Source: Patescibacteria group bacterium (GTDB lineage Bacteria > Patescibacteriota > Minisyncoccia > Phycocordibacterales > UBA12445). Taken from it: a stretch of 64,000 bases of DNA. Shown here piece after piece: positions 46,711 through 56,977 of the stretch (positions within the stretch are counted from its first letter, which is position 1; each line of letters starts with the position of its first letter). A model generated the notes under the pieces. That model saw only the letters and a program-made list of their open reading frames with translations, searched no databases and was not told the origin of the DNA. The translations under genes were made by a program, and so were the position numbers. The stretch lies in assembly GCA_003504275.1 (NCBI GenBank), contig DOAO01000009.1, positions 24,405-88,404 on the forward strand, written 5' to 3'.

Positions 46711-47952
46711 TTAATACCTACATTCCTCAGAAACATTATTTGTATAACCGCAAACTCTTTTATAGCGACTTACTTCCAACTTTTCGCCAATTGCCTTTGC
46801 TAAATTATCACTCAACTTAACCAAAGGTTCTCCGTTTGCCAAAATGGCCTTTATAACAAGAGACAAGGCGAGAAAACCGAGATCATTAGTCAGATTGGTT
46901 CCCCATCCAAAAGTATATTTTATCCGCCCTTTAAAATGATCGGCTATTTTTATTATTAAATCTATATCAAGCCCATCACTAAAAACGATAAGTTTGCTAG
47001 TCGGATCAATCCCGTGGTATTGATAAAATTTAATGATCTTCTCTCCAAACTCAATCGGATCGCCCGAATCATGGCGAAAGCCTTTCCAATTACGAGCTTG
47101 TTCCACGGTCATCTGCTTGAGGAAGAAATCACTTCCAAATGTATCGGGAAGAGCAATTGATAATCCCCATCCATATTGATTCCACCAATCATTAAGTACG
47201 ATATCTACTGAATTGAGTATTCCTTCATCTGATTTTTTCTGCCCCATAAGACCGGCAACAATCATGAATATTTCATGCGCGTTGGTTCCCATGGGGAGAA
47301 TACCATGCTTCATAGCAAGAAAGGTGTTTGATGTTCCCAAAAACTGGCTAGCGGGAAGTTCATCGATTAATGTTTCCACGACATAATCCTGAACACTCTT
47401 ATTGAAACGTCTACGCGTACCAAAATCAGTAAATGTTATATCTGGCTTCGATTTCAGTTTTTTTATCTTCTCCGCTAATTTAAGCCTCATGACAGCATAT
47501 ACACATTCTCTTTCAAATTTACTCATTTTTCTTAAAAGAGAGCGGTAATAGAGCTCATTCACAATACTCAGGGCAAGTGTTTCCCAATAAATCACTTCAA
47601 CCCATTTACCGGAAAATTTTAAACCAATATCTCCGTCTAATATTTCTAGTTTATAGTCTGGTAATTTTAAATTGGAAAGAAAAGAAAGATAACTCTCGGA
47701 AAACATCCTGTCCTGATACTCATTCGTACCGCGAAGGTAGTGAATTTCAGTTTTATTAAAATGTAAAGTCTTAACGTGATCTAACTCTCGTCGTAACTCA
47801 TTCATATTAACATGATCAGCGAGACGGATGCCTTTTGTCCTATTTTTAAAAGCGTAAGTTATAACAGTATCGGGATATTTATTGAACACTAATTGCCCCA
47901 TCGTAAATTTGTAAAAATCTACATCAAGGAGCGATTTAATTATCGGTTCCAT
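46711..47952 (-). CDS. pncB: Nicotinate phosphoribosyltransferase
   Basis: The LLDVDFYKFTMGQ N-terminus and NAPRTase length and organisation. Confidence 0.85.
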   Translation of the reverse strand: MEPIIKSLLDVDFYKFTMGQLVFNKYPDTVITYAFKNRTKGIRLADHVNMNELRRELDHVKTLHFNKTEIHYLRGTNEYQDRMFSESYLSFLSNLKLPDYKLEILDGDIGLKFSGKWVEVIYWETLALSIVNELYYRSLLRKMSKFERECVYAVMRLKLAEKIKKLKSKPDITFTDFGTRRRFNKSVQDYVVETLIDELPASQFLGTSNTFLAMKHGILPMGTNAHEIFMIVAGLMGQKKSDEGILNSVDIVLNDWWNQYGWGLSIALPDTFGSDFFLKQMTVEQARNWKGFRHDSGDPIEFGEKIIKFYQYHGIDPTSKLIVFSDGLDIDLIIKIADHFKGRIKYTFGWGTNLTNDLGFLALSLVIKAILANGEPLVKLSDNLAKAIGEKLEVSRYKRVCGYTNNVSEECRY

Positions 47953-47962
47953 TTTTACCTCC

Positions 47963-48568
47963 CTACTCTATGTCCTTCAAAAAAACTTCTTTAACACCAT
48001 AAAGCTCCAACTTCTTTTTCATTTTTTCGATATCACCATAAGGCGGTGGAACAGAACGTGTAAGATCTTCGATAACATACACCTCAAACCCCTGACAAGC
48101 ATAAGAGATTGCCGATTCACCTACACAATGTGTATAGGCCCAGCCCACGAGAAAAATCCTTCTAATCTCGGCAAACCTCAATCTTCTTACGTGACTTGAA
48201 AATTGAGAGCTAGTTGCGATGGAATAACTGATAATGCTTGAATCATTTCCTTTTTTAATATTCTCATCTGCGGTATCGTAAACCGGGAGCAATTCTGTAA
48301 TATATTTTTGACCGGGGGTTGAGACCACGCAGTGCTCACCAAAAATTCCAAATTCAATGTGGTTTGTGCCGTGCTTATCTTCTGTTGTAACGTGACGCTT
48401 AAATTTTTTACACACTTCTTTTATTCCGGCAACAATAACCTCATTAGAAGATTCGCCTGGAACTCCCTTTACATAAAGTTTACCATCTTCGAGAATAAAA
48501 TCGTTTTGCGCATCAATTATTACCAAAAGATCTTCCTGACCAATAATCAAGTTGTTTCTTTGAACCAT
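47963..48568 (-). CDS. pncA: Nicotinamidase / isochorismatase-family cysteine hydrolase
   Basis: LLVIIDAQNDF (catalytic Asp), a catalytic Cys later in the protein, adjacent to pncB. Confidence 0.75.
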   Translation of the reverse strand: MVQRNNLIIGQEDLLVIIDAQNDFILEDGKLYVKGVPGESSNEVIVAGIKEVCKKFKRHVTTEDKHGTNHIEFGIFGEHCVVSTPGQKYITELLPVYDTADENIKKGNDSSIISYSIATSSQFSSHVRRLRFAEIRRIFLVGWAYTHCVGESAISYACQGFEVYVIEDLTRSVPPPYGDIEKMKKKLELYGVKEVFLKDIE

Positions 48569-48697
48569 AACTTCCTCCTTTTTCTTTATACCTGTATCTG
48601 TATTGAATTTTAAAAGAACATAAAAGAACTAAATTTGCTATCACACCTTACTTTATTAACTGTTTATGTCAATTATTTTTGGGTATTTAACAATAAA

Positions 48698-49651
48698 TTA
48701 ATCTACTAAATTCATATTTACAAGATCCTCTCTTTTAACTGATGGTATTGGTAAAATCTTATGGCGTGTTAATTTTTCAATATCACGCAAAAACAAAACC
48801 GTTTCCACCTTTTCCATATCTCCATACTTTTTTGTTAATTCTTGGATATTTATTTTCGAATTTTTTCCCGTGATAACTCCGTTCTTAATATCTTCTCTCC
48901 ACGCCCATGCAATATTACCTTCTTTTGAACCGTCTGACGCACCATAGGAAATTTTAATTTTATAACCAAGATCATCAGCCCATTTTGTAAGTTGAGACTC
49001 ATCGTTGTGTCTATCTCCTTTTCCCTCAAGATCGGCTGATGGTAATTTAATTACAATTCTTTCCGGAACACCCATATAATGCGCCAACTGTCTTACCTCC
49101 GCCTTATTAAGCCCCGCAAGTATATTATTATCTACTGCACCATCTCCATATTTATCAAAATAGCGAAGAAATCCATCCTCTTCCCCGTTTCCAGTACCAA
49201 AAATTCTACCCCTTCCTCCGTCGATTGCTTTTGAAATAAAACCCGCCAAAGGAGTGGTAAAACGAGACTTTAAACTAGAATAAGCACTTGTAAAACCGGA
49301 ATCATCCGCAAAAACGCTATTTTCATCATAAAAGCCTAAACTATTTTTTTTGAATTCCTTTTTAATTTTCTTAATTAATTCATCGTATAAGTCATTTAAA
49401 TCTAAACTTATTAATTGAAAACCAAATTTATTCCTCAATAACTCAACATCCTTTTTGTGTTTTTTGTCGCTTTTAATATCCCTATACATTCCGACAACAT
49501 TTTTAGGACCATACGCCCCGCAAAGTATCGCAATGACAAGCGAAGAATCTATTCCACCGGAAACAGCAACAAAAACTTTTTTACACCCCTTTCCTAATTC
49601 ACGTGCGCGTTCTATTAATAATTCTTCTGTTTTTTTAAAATCCTTAATCAT
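48698..49651 (-). CDS. nadE: NH3-dependent NAD+ synthetase
   Basis: PP-loop SGGIDSS and NadE C-terminal features. Confidence 0.8.
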   Translation of the reverse strand: MIKDFKKTEELLIERARELGKGCKKVFVAVSGGIDSSLVIAILCGAYGPKNVVGMYRDIKSDKKHKKDVELLRNKFGFQLISLDLNDLYDELIKKIKKEFKKNSLGFYDENSVFADDSGFTSAYSSLKSRFTTPLAGFISKAIDGGRGRIFGTGNGEEDGFLRYFDKYGDGAVDNNILAGLNKAEVRQLAHYMGVPERIVIKLPSADLEGKGDRHNDESQLTKWADDLGYKIKISYGASDGSKEGNIAWAWREDIKNGVITGKNSKINIQELTKKYGDMEKVETVLFLRDIEKLTRHKILPIPSVKREDLVNMNLVD

Positions 49652-49740
49652 TTATCCTGTTTAGTAAAAATTGAATAATAAACTCTAATTATCAACTAAA
49701 ACATCTCATCCGTTCGACCGACCACATTGATTTATTTTCA

Positions 49741-51372
49741 TCATTTCAATTTAAACTTTTTTAAAGTCTCATTTATCTTATTTATGCGGTCCTTGATCGT
49801 CCCCGAAAGCAGAATGAAAGAAACGCCTCTCTTATTTAAGTCTTCTATTATTTGACGTTGAAATATTTCTCTGTGTTTTGCCCCTGAACGTGTCCCATCT
49901 TCTACATATGGAATATCCGTATCACAAACAAAAACAAGGTCATATCTTGATTCACTTTCTTTAGCCAATCTAGAAAGTTCCGGGTGTGCGTCACCATGAT
50001 AGAATCGGCTAAACATCTCGGTTGTTATTGCATTTGAATCAACAAATAAATATTTATTGGCTTTCTGTAATAATTCTTCTTCCTTTTCTAAATGAATATT
50101 TGCCAGTTCTACAAGTTGCTCTTTGGAAAGTTTTCCTTCTGTATTATTTTTTTCCCAATACTCTCTACCATACTCCGGCATCCACTCGGTCTTGTGTTCT
50201 TTTGCAACTTCTTCAGCAATAGTTGTTTTACCGGTAGACTCCGCGCCCAAGAAAACTATTTTTTTGATAAAATCCCTATAGACAATTGGGTGTAAATAAT
50301 CTCTATATTCGTGAGGATTAGAACGCACCTTTGTTCCTGAAATGGGAATTATATTCCTATTCTGATCAACGCAAATATTTTCAGCACCAAGGGCTTTGCT
50401 TATATAGTCTCCGTACCATTCACTCGAAAAAAGATGAGTGATGGGTTCGGGTAAGTGTTCTCTAATAAATTCTTCATGCTGACGCATTATTTCTGGATCT
50501 TCTTTTGAATCAGGCGGTCCGGACGGAACCTCTAGAACATGTACCTGGGGGTAAATTTTTCTGATCCATTCTGCACGTGTTTTGAGCGGAATATCAATCA
50601 CTTGTGGACAATCATATATCATCACATAAACCATATCTGTATTTTTCAAGGCAGCTTCCACTAAAGACTGATGTCCTTTATGAAATGGTGCAAATTTACC
50701 AAGCACTAAACCATGTTTAATATTCGCTCCTTCATTTTTCCATTTTAAATATCCGGACACGGCGAGTATTAAGAAAATTACGTATTCTAACGCAATGAAT
50801 TTTACACTCTGCTCGTAATATAGCCACACACCAATAACGTCAACTGTTATCCAAAGATACCAACATTCTATTTTTCTTTGGGCCATTAAAATGGTCGCCA
50901 CAAAACTCATGATAGTGGTAAGTGCGTCAAGAAAAGGAAATGCGGCGGGTATCGGGAAATAAGCTGGAAAATATAAATGTATATTGCTCATAAAAGAACC
51001 CACGATAACTGTTCCAAGCAGTATAACTACAAGATATATAGTGTTTTTTCTAAAAGTATTTGGCGTAATTTGCAACTCAGCATCTTTACCTGTTTCTTTC
51101 TTGTTTTTAGATGGTAACCAAAGCCACCAACCATAAAAACTCGCAAAAAAGAAATATATTTGCTCAAAAAGATCGGAATAAAGCTGTATCTGATAAAAAA
51201 GGAATATATAAAAAACAATTCCCACTAATCCAACTGGCCATGTCAAAATTTTATTTTTTACAGCCAACCATACACACCAAAGATTAAAAATCGTTCCAAT
51301 AAATTCTACATAGCTCATTTGATAACCCCAAAAAGTGAAAATTATCGTATTTATACTAAGCAAGTTTTCCAT
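49741..51372 (-). CDS. pnuC-nadR: PnuC::NadR fusion protein (nicotinamide riboside transporter fused to NMN adenylyltransferase and ribosylnicotinamide kinase domains)
   Basis: N-terminal ~190 aa are a multi-TM PnuC. Then the NMNAT motif GLVLGKFAPFHKGH. Then the kinase P-loop FLGAESTGKTT. Confidence 0.8.
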   Translation of the reverse strand: MENLLSINTIIFTFWGYQMSYVEFIGTIFNLWCVWLAVKNKILTWPVGLVGIVFYIFLFYQIQLYSDLFEQIYFFFASFYGWWLWLPSKNKKETGKDAELQITPNTFRKNTIYLVVILLGTVIVGSFMSNIHLYFPAYFPIPAAFPFLDALTTIMSFVATILMAQRKIECWYLWITVDVIGVWLYYEQSVKFIALEYVIFLILAVSGYLKWKNEGANIKHGLVLGKFAPFHKGHQSLVEAALKNTDMVYVMIYDCPQVIDIPLKTRAEWIRKIYPQVHVLEVPSGPPDSKEDPEIMRQHEEFIREHLPEPITHLFSSEWYGDYISKALGAENICVDQNRNIIPISGTKVRSNPHEYRDYLHPIVYRDFIKKIVFLGAESTGKTTIAEEVAKEHKTEWMPEYGREYWEKNNTEGKLSKEQLVELANIHLEKEEELLQKANKYLFVDSNAITTEMFSRFYHGDAHPELSRLAKESESRYDLVFVCDTDIPYVEDGTRSGAKHREIFQRQIIEDLNKRGVSFILLSGTIKDRINKINETLKKFKLK

Positions 51373-51411
51373 TTGTTATTGTAATTATTACACTAATTAA
51401 TAATAAAAAAA

Positions 51412-52092
51412 TTAAACAATCTCTACATTCTTTGGTCTTCTATCGGTAAAAACATAAAGACTAGCCGGTCGGTTAGCCATTCCCCTTTTTTCTCTCCCTA
51501 GTGTTTTAACTAAATTTAAAGAAAAAAGTTTCTTTCTAAAATTTCTTTTATCTAATTTATTATCAAGAATTATCTCGTAAGTCTTTTGAATCTCACTTAA
51601 TGTAAATTCCTTGGGCAATAGGCTGTATACGATATTACTGTAACTCAATTTACTCTGCAGACGATTAATTGCAGAGCGAACCATCTCTTTATGGTCATAG
51701 GCGAGTTTGGGCAGTTTATCAACGGGAAACCACGAAATATCACCGTATTCTTTTGTGGTTTTTAAAATTAGTTTATCACTTGGTATCAATGCAAAATAAG
51801 CGACAGAAACAACGCGACCGAAAGGATCCCTATCAACTTCTCCAAAAGTATAGAGTTGTTCGAGATAAACATTTTCAATACCAACCTTTTCTTTTAAAAT
51901 TCTTTCCGCCGCACTGTCTACAGCCTCATCCAATTTAATTAATCCTCCAGGCATGGCCCAGTGTTCCTCATATGGCTTCTTTTTCATTTTAATTAAAAGA
52001 ACCTGAAGTTTTTCGTCTTTTATTGTAAAAATAACCACATCAGTGGCAACTACCGTGAATTTATATTTATTTTTAATAGATTTAATTTTCAT
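51412..52092 (-). CDS. Nudix-domain protein with C-terminal extension (NrtR-like NAD-regulon regulator candidate)
   Basis: Partly degenerate Nudix box GLIKLDEAVDSAAERILKEKVGI. About 80-aa basic C-terminal domain. First gene of the NAD salvage gene string. Confidence 0.55.
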   Translation of the reverse strand: MKIKSIKNKYKFTVVATDVVIFTIKDEKLQVLLIKMKKKPYEEHWAMPGGLIKLDEAVDSAAERILKEKVGIENVYLEQLYTFGEVDRDPFGRVVSVAYFALIPSDKLILKTTKEYGDISWFPVDKLPKLAYDHKEMVRSAINRLQSKLSYSNIVYSLLPKEFTLSEIQKTYEIILDNKLDKRNFRKKLFSLNLVKTLGREKRGMANRPASLYVFTDRRPKNVEIV

Positions 52093-52211
52093 ATTTAATT
52101 TTTGTTAGTGTCTATTATACACATACTATTCCTTTCTAAATAAATAGTCAACTCTCCACCTCATTTTGTCCCTAAGGTATTGGGATATTTATTTTAAAAA
52201 AATATTACAAA

Positions 52212-52241
52212 CCAAAAACCACCGAGAGCTCGGTGGTTTTT
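52212..52241. terminator. Bidirectional terminator
   Basis: ccaccgag-ag-ctcggtgg hairpin with flanking A and T tracts. Confidence 0.6.
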
Positions 52242-52251
52242 AAGCGCTTTT

Positions 52252-52671
52252 TTATTTTTCCCAGCGAAGGCTGAGAGTCTCGATTGCATCAGCCAGTCTA
52301 TCTAGCTTTGCATTCATTCCTTCAATCTGTCTCTTTATATCATCGTTGCCACCTCCGAAGCTTGGTCTAGAAGACCCTCTGTCTCCGAAATCTCTTCTCT
52401 GTGGTCTATCGCCTCCACTTCTACCACCTTTATTTCCGAAACAGTCACTGCAATATACAGGCTTCTCGCCTGTAGGCTTGAAAGGCACCTGACAGCTCTT
52501 CTGACACTCGCTACATACAGCATTGTGCATTTCGAACTCTCTTCTTTCTCCGCCCCTATCTCCCCTGTCCCCGAAACTCTTTCTACCAAAGCTCGGTCTT
52601 CCGCCAAAGCTTCTTCCTCCACCAGTGTTGCCACCGAATCTCTTTCCGCCTCCCTGATCGAATCTTGCCAT
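52252..52671 (-). CDS. Arg/Gly-rich (RGG/FGG repeat) protein with central CxxC-N17-CxxC zinc ribbon and C-terminal coiled coil
   Basis: Low-complexity RGG/FGGR repeats flank CSECQK...CSDC; likely nucleic-acid binding. Confidence 0.5.
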   Translation of the reverse strand: MARFDQGGGKRFGGNTGGGRSFGGRPSFGRKSFGDRGDRGGERREFEMHNAVCSECQKSCQVPFKPTGEKPVYCSDCFGNKGGRSGGDRPQRRDFGDRGSSRPSFGGGNDDIKRQIEGMNAKLDRLADAIETLSLRWEK

Positions 52672-52852
52672 TTGTTTATTATTATCTGCTAATTAATTAC
52701 AATTACGATAGTCTGCATTATTTTTGACAAAATAGCAAGTTTATTTTAGATAGTTCAAATTTCAAGGATAAATTGTCTAACTTTAAATACAAATAGCTAA
52801 ATTAAAACCGCCCCGATAGGAGCGGCTTTGTGAAGGAGAACTGGATCTTACT

Positions 52853-53143
52853 TTATTTGATATTTTTCAAATATTCAGCCATTTTGTCGTAAATGACCGT
52901 AATGCTTAATGGCTTAAGGACGACATTTGTGACAATTGTTAAAATGCGCGTCGCCAGCGATAAAATAATAACAGTCGCGAGCATTATTGGCCCAAATGCC
53001 AAAAAGATCTTTAATGTATTTTCATCTACCTCAGGAGCATCCGTCAAAGATCTTTTGATAAGCCAGTTATTCAATGCCGCGGCATAAAAACCCGAGAATA
53101 TCCAAATGACCACGAACAGAAGGATTTTAGTGATAATTAACAT
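52853..53143 (-). CDS. Small membrane protein
   Basis: Three hydrophobic helices. Confidence 0.4.
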   Translation of the reverse strand: MLIITKILLFVVIWIFSGFYAAALNNWLIKRSLTDAPEVDENTLKIFLAFGPIMLATVIILSLATRILTIVTNVVLKPLSITVIYDKMAEYLKNIK

Positions 53144-53265
53144 TACTACTTCACCCCTTTTTTATTTTATCTCCCGCATATTGGAGATTTTCAAATAACT
53201 GATTTAACCAAAAATAAAAATAACACGTTGGTTTTTATAAGTCAAGAATTTTAGTGTCTAAATTA

Positions 53266-53721
53266 TTATTTTATAGAAATTTTACTTCCTAATGAAATAT
53301 AATTTTCTTTTATAAAACCTACCGGTAGCTCAAGAACGAAAGCGGCTTCATAAGCTTCTCCGAATATTTTTGGATATGTTTCCGGAGTTATTGCCCATTC
53401 AATACCAACCACCTCCGTATCTTTATTGATCCATAATATATCTATAGGGAATTTCATATCTTTCATCCAAATACCTCTTGAGCCATCATTCTGATACACA
53501 AAAAGCATTCCTTGTTTTTTACCTAAAGAAGTCCTACCAGAAAGCCCTAATTCTCTTTTGCAATCATTATCAGCCAATTCTACTGTTATATTTTTTTCGC
53601 CAACTGTAATTTCTTTTGAAACATATTGACCACAAATAGGTATTGCAAAATAAATATTAATTGCAAAGTAGCCAAAATAAAAAATAACAAAAACAATTAT
53701 CAGGCTTAAAACTATTTTCAC
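53266..53721 (-). CDS. DUF192 family protein
   Basis: N-terminal TM plus DUF192-like segments (GLSGR, GMLFVY, FPIDILWI). Confidence 0.6.
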   Translation of the reverse strand: MKIVLSLIIVFVIFYFGYFAINIYFAIPICGQYVSKEITVGEKNITVELADNDCKRELGLSGRTSLGKKQGMLFVYQNDGSRGIWMKDMKFPIDILWINKDTEVVGIEWAITPETYPKIFGEAYEAAFVLELPVGFIKENYISLGSKISIK

Positions 53722-54368
53722 TTATTTTTGTTAGTTTTAAATATCCGCACAAACCACGGAGTAAAAGGAAGTCTCTTGTGTCTATACATCCAAAAGTATC
53801 CCGTAATACTAACAATCAAGGAACCGATGATGTCCGCAATAAGATCCCACATAGTATCAGTGTTACTTGCCTGCCAAGCACTACCGAAAATACTATCACC
53901 CACAAACTCAACAATTTCCCAAACTGCTCCCAGTGCTAATGAAAAAGTGATTGCAAAAACGGCAATAAAACCAGGACTCAAATTAAGCATCGCGCTTTTA
54001 TTCTCATTCAATATGTAAATAATTATAAAGCCAGTAGCCCCCAGCAATATTCCTGATTGCAAATGAACAAACTTATCCCAAAAAGGTATGTAATCATAAA
54101 AACTGGCCAAATGTCCTAAAAAAAGAGTTATAAATATGAATGCAACAACACCTATTTCAAGCGCAAAAGGTAGGTGCAACCTATATCTTTCTTTAAGGAA
54201 TGAAGGCGTGAGCATTAAAATAAAAATAATTACAGTACTGACAGATGATTCCCAGTCTCCCCAAAGAAAAAATAACCCGGCAGCGATAAGTACAAGAATT
54301 CTCATTCCATAGCAGATGGCCATCGTAATCTTATTTTGATAATTATCTTCGTGATATCCTGTATCCAT
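53718..54368 (-). CDS. Polytopic membrane protein
   Basis: Five to six TM helices; its stop overlaps the downstream start by 4 nt. Confidence 0.5.
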   Translation of the reverse strand: MDTGYHEDNYQNKITMAICYGMRILVLIAAGLFFLWGDWESSVSTVIIFILMLTPSFLKERYRLHLPFALEIGVVAFIFITLFLGHLASFYDYIPFWDKFVHLQSGILLGATGFIIIYILNENKSAMLNLSPGFIAVFAITFSLALGAVWEIVEFVGDSIFGSAWQASNTDTMWDLIADIIGSLIVSITGYFWMYRHKRLPFTPWFVRIFKTNKNK

Positions 54369-54391
54369 AAATATTTTAAAATATAATAAAA

Positions 54392-55330
54392 TTATTCTTC
54401 ACTTTTATAAAAAACTCTATACACCTTATTAATTAGCTGATGGAAATAATTCAAAAAGAAAATAAACAAGGTGGCATTTATTAAATTGAACAACAGATAA
54501 GCGAGAGCAACCGACTTATCTGATGATAATTGAAAAGTATCTATAAAAGCAGAGAAACGATTAATAAAAGGGATAAATAACAAGACACCAATAACATTAA
54601 AGAGTAGATGAGCAATGGCGGTCTTCTTTGCAGAAGCATTCATTATAAGCGAAGTAATCATAGCTGTTGAGGTTGTCCCTATATTAGCACCTAAAATAAT
54701 CCCAAAGGCCTGATTAAAATCAAAAAAACCCTGAGCGACAAGGAGTATGAGTATTCCCGAAACAACGGAGCTTGATTGCAAAATGACAGTGGCAATAATA
54801 CCAGCCAATACGGCTAAATAAATATTGGAAATATTTGAAAATATCCCTAAAATAAAAGGATTTCTCTGAAGGGGTTCTGTTACAATCATTATAAAAAACA
54901 AAGAAAGAAACACGAGTCCGAAATAAAAAACAGCTTTAGCATATTTTTGATATCTGCTATTAGTGTGCTCAAGCAAAAAACTCAAAACAACTAAATAAGG
55001 TGCGAAGTATATGATTTTAAAAGCAACCAGTTGGGAAGTTAAAGTTGTGCCAATATTTGCTCCCAGTATTACCCCTAGGCTGTTGTAGAAAGTTATTACC
55101 CCGACGTCTACAAGTCCTACTAAAATAATTGTAACAGCAGTACTGGACTGCACTATCGCTGTTAATATGGCGCCGGTTGCAACACCTCTCAATGGTGTCA
55201 TCGTAGCTATTTCAAGTGTCTTTTTTATTTTATCTCCACCTAAATTGTGAATTTGTTTACTAAACTTTTTGATTGAAAAAAGAAACAATATGACGGAGGC
55301 AATAATGGTAAAAAAGGTATTTATTAACAT
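54392..55330 (-). CDS. Na/Pi-cotransporter family protein (NptA-like)
   Basis: Duplicated QSSTAVT / QSSSVVS motifs characteristic of the Na/Pi cotransporter II-related family. Confidence 0.7.
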   Translation of the reverse strand: MLINTFFTIIASVILFLFSIKKFSKQIHNLGGDKIKKTLEIATMTPLRGVATGAILTAIVQSSTAVTIILVGLVDVGVITFYNSLGVILGANIGTTLTSQLVAFKIIYFAPYLVVLSFLLEHTNSRYQKYAKAVFYFGLVFLSLFFIMIVTEPLQRNPFILGIFSNISNIYLAVLAGIIATVILQSSSVVSGILILLVAQGFFDFNQAFGIILGANIGTTSTAMITSLIMNASAKKTAIAHLLFNVIGVLLFIPFINRFSAFIDTFQLSSDKSVALAYLLFNLINATLFIFFLNYFHQLINKVYRVFYKSEE

Positions 55331-55380
55331 TTTGTAAATTGTTTTATTTTACTTTATAAAAAATATTTTAATATTCAAGC

Positions 55381-56544
55381 CTATTTATCATCTTTAGGTA
55401 ATCCCCACTGCCATTTAGGACTCTCACCTTTTTTATAACAAATAACAATTAAAATAAGAACAGCACAAAATGACTTAGAGAAAAACCATATTGCGTCAGC
55501 CTTCGTCGGAGTTATATCAGACTCAAGGTTAATACCATTAAAAATTATAAAAATAATGAACATTGCGGTTACCAGCCAACCTTGCCAAGTCGCAGGATAC
55601 CAACCCCAACCATATGTTTTTCTCTTAAACCAATAATTATTTGGATTGTCCTGTAAATACTCAAAACGGTCTTTTGAGAATTTCATTTTATATATTTTTG
55701 TATGAGTGTTTTTTCCCAGTATCAAATAAATTCCACACCAACCGATTATCGCCTCAAAAAACAAAAAACCCGCAAGAAAAATAAGAAATGGATTCCATGT
55801 TGTAAATATGGCAAAAATAAAAAGGACCCCACCAAGAGAAGCTCTTATTATCCTGTCTTCCTTGTTTATATTTTTTATAACTTTATCTTGTTGATTCTTT
55901 ATAATTTTACTTAAAATAATTCTAAGAATAAAACCAAAAATGAAAGCGGAAATAAAAATTATTATTATATAACTAATTCCTATTGGAGAAAAAATAAAAT
56001 TTGCCGGAAATTCATTGAAGAAGTTTTTCTTTAATTTAGAAATAGTTCCAATCATACCGACTACTCCCTTAAGATCAAATGATTCAGTTTCTCCGATAGC
56101 TAAAGAGTATTTACTATCATTATTTCTACTCCAAATAAGTATTTCATAATTACCAGACACCACTGTAGCCTTATATTCCGGGCCCCTCCAGTATGAATTG
56201 TATCCAAATTCCTCCCAGAATTTCTCCCATTTAAAATTATTACCATCAAGAGTAGCGATAGGGTTATCCACATCGCCATCTTTAACAATAATCGCAGAGA
56301 CATCATTCTTTTGTCCCTCTATGTCAGGGGTAAGAATATTCACATAAAGATTAAAATCTTCCTCTGAATTTATCTTAAAAAAATGTGGTAATCCTTCCAA
56401 TTTGCCGTAAAAGGCTTGTGAAATTTCCGGCTCGGTGACGGTAGTATTAATATCACTAACAATTCTAGGCTGATGTGCAAAAGTAAATAAAGGCGTTAGA
56501 GCGACAAAAACAATAGTAAAAATAGCAGTTATTATTTTTTTCAT
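55381..56544 (-). CDS. Hypothetical protein: signal peptide, extracytoplasmic domain, C-terminal multi-TM region
   Basis: Hydropathy pattern only. Confidence 0.45.
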   Translation of the reverse strand: MKKIITAIFTIVFVALTPLFTFAHQPRIVSDINTTVTEPEISQAFYGKLEGLPHFFKINSEEDFNLYVNILTPDIEGQKNDVSAIIVKDGDVDNPIATLDGNNFKWEKFWEEFGYNSYWRGPEYKATVVSGNYEILIWSRNNDSKYSLAIGETESFDLKGVVGMIGTISKLKKNFFNEFPANFIFSPIGISYIIIIFISAFIFGFILRIILSKIIKNQQDKVIKNINKEDRIIRASLGGVLFIFAIFTTWNPFLIFLAGFLFFEAIIGWCGIYLILGKNTHTKIYKMKFSKDRFEYLQDNPNNYWFKRKTYGWGWYPATWQGWLVTAMFIIFIIFNGINLESDITPTKADAIWFFSKSFCAVLILIVICYKKGESPKWQWGLPKDDK

Positions 56545-56546
56545 AT

Positions 56547-56906
56547 TTAATCAATTAAAAAATCTAATTGCTCTCTGGGTATATCAACAGACAATCCATA
56601 CAAAATAGCCGGTTGCCAGGAAGCTTCATTATCAAACTTGAATTCAAAAATCTTATCTCTAAAGACTGCTATAATATTCTTCTTATCATCCCAAAAATGT
56701 GCGTAAAACTTTTTAGGTTTAATAACTTTTGATATTTCTTCTAACTGTCCCTTCGTGGCCTCTATCGTATGAATATGCCACCTATCCCTAGGGTCCTCGT
56801 CATCTGTAACCACTGTCTTAATAATCTTGAGATTATTCAAAATCTTTCCATCTTCAAGACTTTCTTCAATTATAGCCCCCTTAAATATTTGTTCTGGTAT
56901 ACTCAT
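56547..56906 (-). CDS. Hypothetical protein (119 aa)
   Basis: ORF abutting the downstream gene; no domain recognised. Confidence 0.4.
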   Translation of the reverse strand: MSIPEQIFKGAIIEESLEDGKILNNLKIIKTVVTDDEDPRDRWHIHTIEATKGQLEEISKVIKPKKFYAHFWDDKKNIIAVFRDKIFEFKFDNEASWQPAILYGLSVDIPREQLDFLID

Positions 56907-56977
56907 GTTCGATATCTTACTATAGAATAATTATAACAAAAAACCCACACTTTGTGTGGGTTTTTAAATTATTTTAT

